From assembly GCA_948442255.1 (NCBI GenBank), contig CAOJRT010000003.1, forward strand, positions 6,315 through 70,314: a stretch of 64,000 nucleotides of DNA, in the 5' to 3' direction. The position numbers and the translations under genes were made by a program. This document shows, piece by piece, positions 28,110 through 36,019 of this stretch (position 1 is its first letter; every line of letters starts with the position of its first letter). Source of the stretch: an uncultured Bacillales bacterium. GTDB lineage: Bacteria > Bacillota_I > Bacilli_A > RF39 > UBA660. The notes under the pieces are model-generated. The model did not search any database and was not told the DNA's origin. It saw nothing but the letters and a program-made list of their open reading frames with translations.

Positions 28110-28910
28110 ATGGGAAATATATTAGTGCCTTTTAAGAAATTTTTAAGTAATAAAAATACAATTACTATATTAGGTGTGTTACTAGGGTTAGTTGTTTTAT
28201 ATTTTGGATATACTTGGAGAATAAAACAAAGTATAAGTCCACAGATGGTTCCTTATGCTACACAGACTTTGCAATCAGGAACAAAAATTACTGAAGATAT
28301 GATTGGTTATGCGGAAATACCAAGAGATACGATTAATACAATGAGTGGTATTATTACAGATGTGAATGCTATTCGTAATAAGTTGGTCGCTTATGATAGC
28401 AAGATACCGGCAAGTGGTTTCTTCTTTAGCGATAATATAATTGATGAATCGGAAATGCCGGACTCTGTTTTTTCTAATATACGTGATGGTTATACTATAT
28501 TTACTTTAGATGTAGACAATCATTCTACTTATGGTAATTCTATTATGCCAGATAACAATATTGATTTATATTTGAAGACAACTGATGAGTCAGGTAATTT
28601 AGTGTTTGGACGTTTTATTACACAAATTCAGGTATTAGCAGTTAAAGATAGTAGTGGAAATGATGTTTTTGCAAATAAAGATGATTTGAAAGAACCTTCT
28701 CAATTATTATTTGCAGTACCAGAAGATTTGTTTTTATTACTTAGTAAAGCTTATTACTTAGGTAATTTTGAAATAATACCAGTTCCAAGAAATAGAACGT
28801 ATGCTAATAGTTCTGGGGCTACTGAAATTACCACGGAAGTATTACAACAAATGATAATTGAAAAGACATTTATTATACCTGGTGAGTGTACTGATATAAC
28901 AAATTGTTAA
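28110..28910 (+). CDS. CpaB/RcpC-like Flp pilus assembly protein (SAF domain)
   Basis: N-terminal TM helix, then VPYATQTLQSGTKITEDMIGYAEIPRD..., the pattern of the CpaB SAF domain. Confidence 0.55.
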   Translation: MGNILVPFKKFLSNKNTITILGVLLGLVVLYFGYTWRIKQSISPQMVPYATQTLQSGTKITEDMIGYAEIPRDTINTMSGIITDVNAIRNKLVAYDSKIPASGFFFSDNIIDESEMPDSVFSNIRDGYTIFTLDVDNHSTYGNSIMPDNNIDLYLKTTDESGNLVFGRFITQIQVLAVKDSSGNDVFANKDDLKEPSQLLFAVPEDLFLLLSKAYYLGNFEIIPVPRNRTYANSSGATEITTEVLQQMIIEKTFIIPGECTDITNC

Positions 28911-28936
28911 TATAAAAATAAAAAGAGGGTGAAAAA

Positions 28937-30376
28937 ATGGATGGAAATGTTTTCTCCCAAATGGATTTTGGTCCTCTTACAGAGTTTTTAGAAGATGATG
29001 ATGTAACAGATATCTCCTATAGTAATGGTGGACAAGTTTGGTTAAAAACATTGTCAAAGGGTATTTATCAAGTGGAACGACCTGATATTAATAATCCTTT
29101 TATGGAGAAATTAGCATTCCAGTGTTCAAATGTTATGGGTAGAACATTTAATATGGCTCATCCATTTTTAGATGCCGAGAGTGCTGAATTACGTATGAAC
29201 TTTGTACACGATTCCATTGCTACCAATGGAGTCGCTTGTTTAATTCGTAAAACTCCAGCAAAAATAAGATTAAATAAAGATAAATTACTTAATGAACAAT
29301 ATATTACAGAGCAAATGCATGATTTTTTAATTAAATGTGTTTGGGGACATTGTAATATTATGGTGGCAGGAGAGACTGGTTCTGGTAAAACAGAGTTAGT
29401 TAAATATCTTGCTTCGAATACTAAAGAAGATGAGAAGATTATCTCTATTGAAGATACATTAGAGCTTCACTTGGATAAAATATTTCCTCATCGTGATATT
29501 GTAGCGATGAAAACAAATAATATTGCGACTTATTCTGATTCTTTAGTTGCTTGTATGCGACAAAATCCAATTTGGATATTACTTGCTGAGGTACGTTCTG
29601 CTGAAGCTGTTATGGCAGTACGTAACTCTATATCTTCTGGACACCATATTATTTCTACTATCCATGCGGATAAAGCATCTAGTATTCCTATGCGTATGTA
29701 TGCTTTGCTAGAAGGAAGTCAAGATATTGAACAATATTTGTCTTCTATTCATCGTTATGTGCAAATTGGAATCTATGTTAAAGGATACTATTCTAAAGCT
29801 TTGGATCGTTTTCAACGTGAAATTATGGAAATATGTGAATTTTATGTGGATGATAAAACAAATAAACCGATGACGAATACTTTGTACTCTAAAACATTAG
29901 ATGGTAAAGTTACATTACGTAATCCCACAAAGAAATTATTGGATTATTTAGCTATTGGAAACATCTATTTTGATACAGATGATGTTTTTGGGCTAGGGGA
30001 TGCTGATACAAAAGAAGATATTAGTATTACAAGAGATGGAAGTAAAGATAATTTGGCGAATAAAGCTACAAATGTTAATTTGAATCAAATGAATCAATTT
30101 TTAAATGAAACAGAAGGTACTACTACTTCTGGTAGTGATGGGGCACAGATTTCTCCACAAAGGATTGTACCAAATGTAGCTTCTTTAGGTAATCAAGGAG
30201 TACAAGTTCAACCTGTAAAACCAATAGTACAAGCGAATCCTGTAATGCCGAAAACAACTGTTACACAGGTTCCTGGGACCTCACAAGTATCTAATGGTAA
30301 TTCGATAGGAGTACAACCTGTACGAGTAACTCCACTTGCTACACCATCTGTAGTGAGTGAAGCGGAAATATTATAA
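28937..30376 (+). CDS. CpaF/TadA-family secretion ATPase
   Basis: Walker A GETGSGKTE, Asp box IEDTLEL, Walker B ILLAEVRSAEA, His box GHHIISTIHA, plus a ~120-aa Q/V/P/T-rich C-terminal tail. Confidence 0.85.
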   Translation: MDGNVFSQMDFGPLTEFLEDDDVTDISYSNGGQVWLKTLSKGIYQVERPDINNPFMEKLAFQCSNVMGRTFNMAHPFLDAESAELRMNFVHDSIATNGVACLIRKTPAKIRLNKDKLLNEQYITEQMHDFLIKCVWGHCNIMVAGETGSGKTELVKYLASNTKEDEKIISIEDTLELHLDKIFPHRDIVAMKTNNIATYSDSLVACMRQNPIWILLAEVRSAEAVMAVRNSISSGHHIISTIHADKASSIPMRMYALLEGSQDIEQYLSSIHRYVQIGIYVKGYYSKALDRFQREIMEICEFYVDDKTNKPMTNTLYSKTLDGKVTLRNPTKKLLDYLAIGNIYFDTDDVFGLGDADTKEDISITRDGSKDNLANKATNVNLNQMNQFLNETEGTTTSGSDGAQISPQRIVPNVASLGNQGVQVQPVKPIVQANPVMPKTTVTQVPGTSQVSNGNSIGVQPVRVTPLATPSVVSEAEIL

Positions 30377-30389
30377 GGAAGGTGAAGAT

Positions 30390-31283
30390 ATGGAATTAGT
30401 TTTATGGATTATAATAGCCGTATTTGTTTTAGCGTATCGCTATAATACAGGGGATAATGTGTATAAGTTCTTGTCTGATACAATAGCTAATGTCTATAAT
30501 ACTTACGCTCCTTATAGTTTTAGAGAAGTAAGAGAAAAAACAAAAGAATTGGGGTATGAGTATACTCCTAAACAATATGCTATGCAAATCCTTTTTTTAG
30601 GAGGAGCAGCTGGAATTATCACCTTTATGTATTTCTATAGTTTGCCTATAACGATTGTGTATGTTACGATTGCTATTTGTTTTGTTCCTTATTTGGCTTA
30701 TTTAAGAACGCAAAGGTTATATAGTGAATACTTATTTGAGCAAATACAAGTTTATACGACTAACGTTATTATGGAGTTTAACACAACCCAGAGTTTTGTA
30801 AAATCTTTAGAAGGAGTTAGAGATTCGGGGATTTTGGAAGATCCTGTTCTTCGTGATGTAAAAACGATGATACAGATGTCTTATGAAAATGGTACTATTG
30901 ATGAGTCAATTGAGTTCTTTAATCAAAAATATCCTTACTATATGGTAAAAAATATGCATCAACTTTTCTTGCAAATAACAAAAGAAGGAGCTAGAGATTC
31001 TGGAGAAGCCTTAGAGCTTATGTCTATGGATATAGATGCTTTAGTCGAAGGAGTTTATCGTGATCGAATGGATAGACAGACTTTCCATAAAAAATTTGTT
31101 ACCTTTGGTTTTGCTTTATTTCTACTTGTCATGGTTATGCAACTCTTGTTTGGTAGAGAGTCTTATATGGAACTTTTGGAGTCTTGGTATGTGCCTATAA
31201 TCTTACATGCTATTATTATTATCAATTGTTATTTCTTAGTAACGGGGGAAAAATACTATAATGAAGACGTAGGAGTTGAGTGA
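30390..31283 (+). CDS. TadB-like platform membrane protein (T2SS-F fold)
   Basis: AAGGAAGGTGA RBS. TM helix, two TM helices, a ~130-aa cytoplasmic helical domain, then terminal TM helices. Lies next to the CpaF-like ATPase. Confidence 0.55.
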   Translation: MELVLWIIIAVFVLAYRYNTGDNVYKFLSDTIANVYNTYAPYSFREVREKTKELGYEYTPKQYAMQILFLGGAAGIITFMYFYSLPITIVYVTIAICFVPYLAYLRTQRLYSEYLFEQIQVYTTNVIMEFNTTQSFVKSLEGVRDSGILEDPVLRDVKTMIQMSYENGTIDESIEFFNQKYPYYMVKNMHQLFLQITKEGARDSGEALELMSMDIDALVEGVYRDRMDRQTFHKKFVTFGFALFLLVMVMQLLFGRESYMELLESWYVPIILHAIIIINCYFLVTGEKYYNEDVGVE

Positions 31284-31284
31284 T

Positions 31285-32073
31285 ATGTTTATTGAGATTC
31301 TAGTAATTGGTGTCCTTGCTTTTGTTATTTTAACAGTAAATGGATATATAAAACCGAATAAGTTTATTGTAGATAATCAAGATATTTTCATGCGTCTTAA
31401 AGAAGAAGATTATGCCTTTTTAGTAAAAGCAAAATATGGGGATGGGTTAGATCCTGATGTACTTTTTCAAAAAAGAATTCGTAATGGAATGGTTGTTATT
31501 GTCTTATTAATTTTTATGATGTTGAGTAGTTTGACTGCTGTTAAAGTCGTTGTAGCGTTTGTAGGTGGATTTGTAGTATTTAAATTAGATTATCTTAATT
31601 TACAAAATTATTATAAAGCGCATTTGTTACAAATTGATTCTATGTTGCCTTATTATTTGAAAGGCTTAGAAATATTAATACAACACTACACAGTACCAGT
31701 TGCTATTGGTAAATCAATTGCTGACGCACCTGAGATATTCCGTGATGGTTTGGTGGAACTAATTAATAAAATAAATGCTGGAGATTCTACGGTTGGTCCT
31801 TATATGGAATTTGCTAAGACCTATCCAGTAAGAGATTCTATGCGTATGATGCGTCTTTTGTATCGATTGAGTTTAGGTAGACAAGAAAGAAAACAAGAGC
31901 AGTTAATTACATTTTCTAAAACGATTTCTAATTTACAACAAAAGGCAAGAGATACTCGTTATAAAGCGAGACTTGATAAGATGGAAAGTAAGACGATGAG
32001 TATGTTAGTTTGTACTGGTGTAGGTGTTATGATTTTACTTGTTATAGCTGTTATGAATATGATGGGAACTTAA
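31285..32073 (+). CDS. TadC-like platform membrane protein (T2SS-F fold)
   Basis: AGGAG RBS 9 nt upstream. Same topology class as the preceding gene. Confidence 0.55.
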   Translation: MFIEILVIGVLAFVILTVNGYIKPNKFIVDNQDIFMRLKEEDYAFLVKAKYGDGLDPDVLFQKRIRNGMVVIVLLIFMMLSSLTAVKVVVAFVGGFVVFKLDYLNLQNYYKAHLLQIDSMLPYYLKGLEILIQHYTVPVAIGKSIADAPEIFRDGLVELINKINAGDSTVGPYMEFAKTYPVRDSMRMMRLLYRLSLGRQERKQEQLITFSKTISNLQQKARDTRYKARLDKMESKTMSMLVCTGVGVMILLVIAVMNMMGT

Positions 32074-32098
32074 GCAAATGAAAGTTTGCTTTTTTTTT
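32073..32098 (+). terminator. rho-independent terminator after the tadC-like gene
   Basis: AGCAAA-TGAAAG-TTTGCT followed by T8. Confidence 0.6.
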
Positions 32099-32123
32099 GG
32101 CTGAAACTTTTTTCAACTTTTTG

Positions 32124-32155
32124 TTGACAAGTTGTTACGAGGGGAGGGGTATAAT
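32124..32155 (+). promoter_or_regulatory. candidate promoter of pilin A1
   Basis: TTGACA ... TATAAT, but with a 20-nt spacer by my count, so non-canonical. Confidence 0.3.
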
Positions 32156-32193
32156 AGTAATAGATATTAGATAATAGAGGAGGATATAAATAT

Positions 32194-32496
32194 ATGAAAG
32201 AAGCAACAGGAGAATTAAATATGACTGTTATTACAGTAGTTGCTATTGCAGCTGTTGGATTGATCTTTACCATGTTTGTTTGGTCAAACATTCAAGCTAA
32301 CTTAATGATGAATACAGCTTGTTCCAATATAGATATGAATGGGAATTATTCGGCGCAATTAACAGATGATGGAACTTCTTCAGCAACTTCTAGAGGAGAG
32401 GGGACAGTATTTTGTTCTGGTTTTGAGTGCACGGCTACTTATAATGGAAGGGAATATAAAAAGCAATGTAATGGTAACAGAGTAGCAGAAAAATAA
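32194..32496 (+). CDS. Flp/Tad-type pilin-like protein A1 (100 aa)
   Basis: GAGGAGGA RBS. MKEATGELN + hydrophobic helix MTVITVVAIAAVGLIFTMFVW, then a small 4-Cys globular part. Confidence 0.65.
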   Translation: MKEATGELNMTVITVVAIAAVGLIFTMFVWSNIQANLMMNTACSNIDMNGNYSAQLTDDGTSSATSRGEGTVFCSGFECTATYNGREYKKQCNGNRVAEK

Positions 32497-32532
32497 AGTT
32501 GGATTCAAATTGAAAAATAGAAGTTTACAAAA

Positions 32533-32667
32533 ATGAAAGAAGCTATTGGTGAATTTCATTCTTTGCTTTTATGTGCTCTACAATATAAAAAGTATGTAAT
32601 ATAGAATGAGATGTTTAGATGTTGTGGGATATAATGAAAATAATTTAACTTATTGTTATATACCTGG
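32533..32667 (+). pseudogene. decayed copy of the 77-aa pilin-like gene
   Basis: The first 22 nt are identical to 33109-33130. The TM-coding segment is deleted, there is an in-frame stop after 23 codons, and the 3' part again aligns with 33240-33298. Confidence 0.65.
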
Positions 32668-32737
32668 AACTGGGAATATAAGTGAATGAGAGGTTGCTTT
32701 TTTCTTTACAACTTTTGTCTATTTTTTTTTGTTTTTC

Positions 32738-32766
32738 TTGATAATAAAATAGGAAGGGTGTATAAT
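32738..32766 (+). promoter_or_regulatory. sigma-A-type promoter of pilin A2
   Basis: TTGATA-17 nt-TATAAT, about 40 nt upstream of the 32808 start. Confidence 0.55.
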
Positions 32767-32807
32767 AACAATAGATAATAAAATAATAGAGGAGGATTTG
32801 ATTATAT

Positions 32808-33089
32808 ATGAAAGAAGCGACAGGAGAATTAAATATGACCGTTATTACAGTAGTTGCTATTGCAGCAGTTGGTTTAATCTTTACCATGTTTGTTTGGCCA
32901 AACATTCAGGCTAATTTAATGATGAATACAGCTTGTTCTAACATGGATATGAATGGAAATTATGAAGCTGCTGATAAAACAGCTCAGTCAGGAGAGGGAA
33001 CTATTAAATGTTCGAATTTTATATGTACTGCCACTTATAACGGAAGACAGTATCAGAAGGATTGTACACCTTCTAGTGCTAAAAAATAA
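32808..33089 (+). CDS. Flp/Tad-type pilin-like protein A2 (93 aa)
   Basis: 50 of the first 52 residues are identical to A1. The C-terminal half is divergent but keeps 4 Cys. Confidence 0.65.
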   Translation: MKEATGELNMTVITVVAIAAVGLIFTMFVWPNIQANLMMNTACSNMDMNGNYEAADKTAQSGEGTIKCSNFICTATYNGRQYQKDCTPSSAKK

Positions 33090-33108
33090 TAATTAGGAGT
33101 TGAACTAA

Positions 33109-33342
33109 ATGAAAGAAGCTATTGGTGAATTAAATGGTACGATTATAGTTATATCAGCCGTTGCTTTACTGGCGGCTTTTTTCTTTACTTTTATGTGGCC
33201 TAATTTACAAAGGGGAATGAAATATAGAGCAAGATGTTCAGATGCTATTTGTGATGTAGGATATAATGAAAATAATTTAACTTATTGTTATATGCCAGGC
33301 GATGATAAAACGAATTATTTTGAGTGTCCATATAAAGGGTAG
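33109..33342 (+). CDS. pilin-like protein C (77 aa)
   Basis: MKEAIGELN + hydrophobic helix, with a 4-Cys C-terminal part. Confidence 0.6.
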   Translation: MKEAIGELNGTIIVISAVALLAAFFFTFMWPNLQRGMKYRARCSDAICDVGYNENNLTYCYMPGDDKTNYFECPYKG

Positions 33343-33352
33343 GTGAAGCAGA

Positions 33353-33880
33353 ATGAAGGAAGCTATTGGAGGTACTTGGATTTTTGGTATTGTTATAACG
33401 CTAGTAGCTTTTTTTACTGCGTTTATTAGCTTTTCTTTAAATTACTCTCGTTGTTATAAAGTAAAAAATGAGATGCTAAGTGTTATTGAACGTAACAATG
33501 GTGTAAATAAGGACTCTATTACAGAAATTAATAAATATATAAATAGTATTGGTTATAGTGGAGTAGGAAAGTGTGAACCGCAGGCGAATGCGGCTTGTTT
33601 GGTTGGGTTTAAGAAAAATGATAATACACAATCTTTTACTAGTATTTCTACACAACAGTATAATTATTGTATAGAGAAGATGGTTATGAATCGTGATGGG
33701 AAGAATAGTCAAATAACAGGAATGCCAACCTCTGCCTACTATCATGTTCGCGTATTTTTTACATTAGATATGCCTGTTGTAGGACAATTCTTTAATTTGA
33801 AAGTAGAGGGAGAAACGGCTACTGTCTATTTGCCTAATGATGCGAATCATTTTACTAATTGTTCTGTAAAGGATGAGTAG
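33353..33880 (+). CDS. TadE-like minor pilin/pseudopilin (175 aa)
   Basis: MKEAIGG + hydrophobic helix TWIFGIVITLVAFFTAFISF, then a ~140-aa domain. Confidence 0.5.
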   Translation: MKEAIGGTWIFGIVITLVAFFTAFISFSLNYSRCYKVKNEMLSVIERNNGVNKDSITEINKYINSIGYSGVGKCEPQANAACLVGFKKNDNTQSFTSISTQQYNYCIEKMVMNRDGKNSQITGMPTSAYYHVRVFFTLDMPVVGQFFNLKVEGETATVYLPNDANHFTNCSVKDE

Positions 33881-33894
33881 AGGGGAGTGTTCTT

Positions 33895-34446
33895 ATGAAG
33901 GGTGCTATTGCTAATGTTTGGTTTATTGGGATTATGGTAACTTTTATTTTTCTATTTTCTGCTTATATAATTGTTACTGTAGAATACTCTAAATCTTTGA
34001 AATATAAAAATGTTGTCTTAAATATAATTGAAGAAAATAGTGGAATGATTAATAATTCTGCTGTTCAAACGAAGTCTTCAATCGTTATTCCTGGAAAAAC
34101 AGTAAAAAATCCAAAAGGGACTATCCAAAAGATTAATGTTTATTTGGCTGGAAGTGGATATTCAGCAATGGGGGTCTGTCCTACAGATGATGGATATATT
34201 TGGTATGGTGTAGATGATTTAAGTACTGAAGTAACTCCTTCTATTAAAAGAGCCGAGAAAAATAAAAAGTATTATTATTGTTTTGCTAAGTTTAAGAATT
34301 CTAATAAAAATACAAATTATTATAAAATTAGACTTTATTATAAATTTCAGCTTCCTGTAGCTGGTTTTGAAGCTGCATTTAAGATTGATGGAACGACGAA
34401 GGATATTTATGGAGTTAAAGACTCTGGATGGGAAATTAGTAGATAA
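33895..34446 (+). CDS. TadE-like minor pilin/pseudopilin (183 aa)
   Basis: MKGAIAN + hydrophobic helix VWFIGIMVTFIFLFSAYIIV. Paralogous organisation to the preceding ORF. Confidence 0.5.
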   Translation: MKGAIANVWFIGIMVTFIFLFSAYIIVTVEYSKSLKYKNVVLNIIEENSGMINNSAVQTKSSIVIPGKTVKNPKGTIQKINVYLAGSGYSAMGVCPTDDGYIWYGVDDLSTEVTPSIKRAEKNKKYYYCFAKFKNSNKNTNYYKIRLYYKFQLPVAGFEAAFKIDGTTKDIYGVKDSGWEISR

Positions 34447-34458
34447 GGAGAGATTTTA

Positions 34459-35526
34459 GTGAATGTTATTGTTTCTAATAAATATTCAGCTATGTTATCT
34501 GGATTAAATAATAATCCTAATATAGATTTAATTAAAACGGTAAATGGTGAATTTGATGTTGATAGTTTAATTGCTCAATTTCAAAATTTCTTTTTTAATA
34601 AAATGATTCTTGATATAACTGCGATTAAAGGGTATCAAGATATTTCGCAAATACAGCGTTTGTCTTTTGGAATGGATATGGGTAAAATTATTTTACTCTT
34701 GGATGATTCAGAAGTGGTTAATTCTCCACAATATCTTTCTGAGTTGGTTTCGATGGGGATTTATAATTTTACAAGGAATATAGAAGCGATTCCTTATTTA
34801 GTAGAAAATCCAAATAAGTATAAGGATGTAGCTCAATTCCATTTGTTGGGACAGAGTGGTGCGAGTGATTCTTCTACTGGTGGAGGAACATTCCTGGGAA
34901 GAGGAACTTCTAATAGCCAAGATTTTATTGAACCTATCCCTTCTACCCCTAATATGAGTCCTACAAGAGTCATTGGGTTTATTAATTTAACGGAGCATGC
35001 AGGAGCGACTTCTTTGATTTATATGTTGAAGAAGCAACTTTCTTTATACTATCGTGTTAGATGCTATGAAATAGATAAAAATGACTTTATTTATTTTAAT
35101 GATCCTGATTTGAATAGTGTAAGTAGTACAGAGTTTGCTGCTATTATAAAAAATCCGATGAATGTTCATGTTGTTTTGGTTGACTTGAATAATAGTTCTT
35201 TAGAAAATGAATGCTCTGAGGTGGTTTATTTGATTGAACCTACTACTTTAATGTTAAATCGTATGATTCGAAAAGATAGAAGTATATTAGATAAAATAAA
35301 AAATCGTGTTGTTGTATTAAATCAAAGTTTACTTAATCAAAATGATGTAAAAGATTTTGAAAGTGAAGCAGGGTGTATTGTTTTTTCTAATATTCCTCCT
35401 TTGGATGATAAAAAAGAGAGACATCGTTCGATTGATGAGTTCTTAAATAAGCTTGGGTTTGACAAAAATAGACCAACTGGAGAGGGTAATAAGGGGGCAA
35501 AATTGTTTGGAATTGTCAAAGAGTGA
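34459..35526 (+). CDS. TadZ/CpaE-like protein (receiver-like N-domain + degenerate ParA/MinD-like domain)
   Basis: GTG start 6 nt after AAGGAGAG. A CheY-like alternating pattern (KIILLLDD...LVSMGIYNF), a G/S-rich linker, then VIGFINLTEHAGATSL in place of a KGGxGKT P-loop. Confidence 0.45.
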   Translation: MNVIVSNKYSAMLSGLNNNPNIDLIKTVNGEFDVDSLIAQFQNFFFNKMILDITAIKGYQDISQIQRLSFGMDMGKIILLLDDSEVVNSPQYLSELVSMGIYNFTRNIEAIPYLVENPNKYKDVAQFHLLGQSGASDSSTGGGTFLGRGTSNSQDFIEPIPSTPNMSPTRVIGFINLTEHAGATSLIYMLKKQLSLYYRVRCYEIDKNDFIYFNDPDLNSVSSTEFAAIIKNPMNVHVVLVDLNNSSLENECSEVVYLIEPTTLMLNRMIRKDRSILDKIKNRVVVLNQSLLNQNDVKDFESEAGCIVFSNIPPLDDKKERHRSIDEFLNKLGFDKNRPTGEGNKGAKLFGIVKE

Positions 35527-35535
35527 CAATAAAAC

Positions 35536-35564
35536 TTGACATATTTCAAAATATTACATAAAAT
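35536..35564 (+). promoter_or_regulatory. sigma-A-type promoter ahead of the T4SS-like module
   Basis: TTGACA-17 nt-TAAAAT, about 30 nt upstream of the 35597 start. Confidence 0.55.
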
Positions 35565-35596
35565 TAGATTATGAAATGAAGGAGATGTGAAAAATT

Positions 35597-35938
35597 ATGG
35601 GATTTTGTCAAGAAACAGTTGAAATTTGGTCTTTAATTGGAAAAATTTTATTTATATTTAAGATAGTAATTCCTATTTTAATTATTATATTTGGAATGAT
35701 TGATTTAGGAAAAGCTGTTGTAGCAAGTAAAGACGATGAAATCAAGAAAGCAGTGAAATCATTAGGAATGAGAGCGCTTGCAGGAGTATTTATATTCTTT
35801 GTTCCGACTTTAGTTGGATTTGTTATTGGTCTTGCTAGTGGTTTTGATGACGTAAAGTCTGACTATGAAATTTGTGAACATTGTGTAGCAAGTCCTTTTG
35901 GTGGGTATTGTACAGAAGCAGTTAATGCGAAGAATTAA
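35597..35938 (+). CDS. VirB2/TrbC-like two-TM hairpin protein, paralog 1
   Basis: GAAGGAG RBS. Two hydrophobic helices joined by the short polar loop KAVVASKDDEIKKAVKS, and a 4-Cys tail. Located immediately 5' of the VirB6/B3/B4-like genes. Confidence 0.4.
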   Translation: MGFCQETVEIWSLIGKILFIFKIVIPILIIIFGMIDLGKAVVASKDDEIKKAVKSLGMRALAGVFIFFVPTLVGFVIGLASGFDDVKSDYEICEHCVASPFGGYCTEAVNAKN

Positions 35939-35956
35939 TTATTACAGATAAGAAAA

Positions 35957-35986
35957 AACGATATTTATTGGAATATTGTTTTTTTT
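35957..35986 (+). terminator. weak terminator/attenuator hairpin after the first VirB2-like gene
   Basis: AACGATATT-(6 nt)-AATATTGTT (one G-U pair) followed by T6. An extended -10 (TGGTATAAT, 35988-35996) follows. Confidence 0.4.
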
Positions 35987-36019
35987 ATGGTATAATTTTT
36001 TTGATATGAGGTGAATTTT

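Larger units (their letters stand above)
32073..33300 (+). repeat. tandem ~0.6-kb duplication of the unit [terminator remnant - promoter - pilin A - pilin C]
   Basis: 32100-32330 aligns with 32710-32940, covering the promoter region, RBS and first 52 codons. 32533-32667 aligns with 33109-33298 apart from an internal deletion. Confidence 0.75.

Noticed and set aside
32080-32102. Motif GAAA(G/C)T(T)TGC-T(7-9)-GGCT after the tadC-like stop, recurring at 41760-41782 after the VirB4 stop
   Set aside because: It is short and dominated by a T-run, so it is most simply two unrelated terminator-like tails. It is not enough to call a conserved regulatory element.
35541-35554. Palindrome ATATTT-CA-AAATAT inside the T4SS-module promoter spacer as an operator
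   Set aside because: Six-bp A/T-only arms are expected by chance in DNA this AT-rich.
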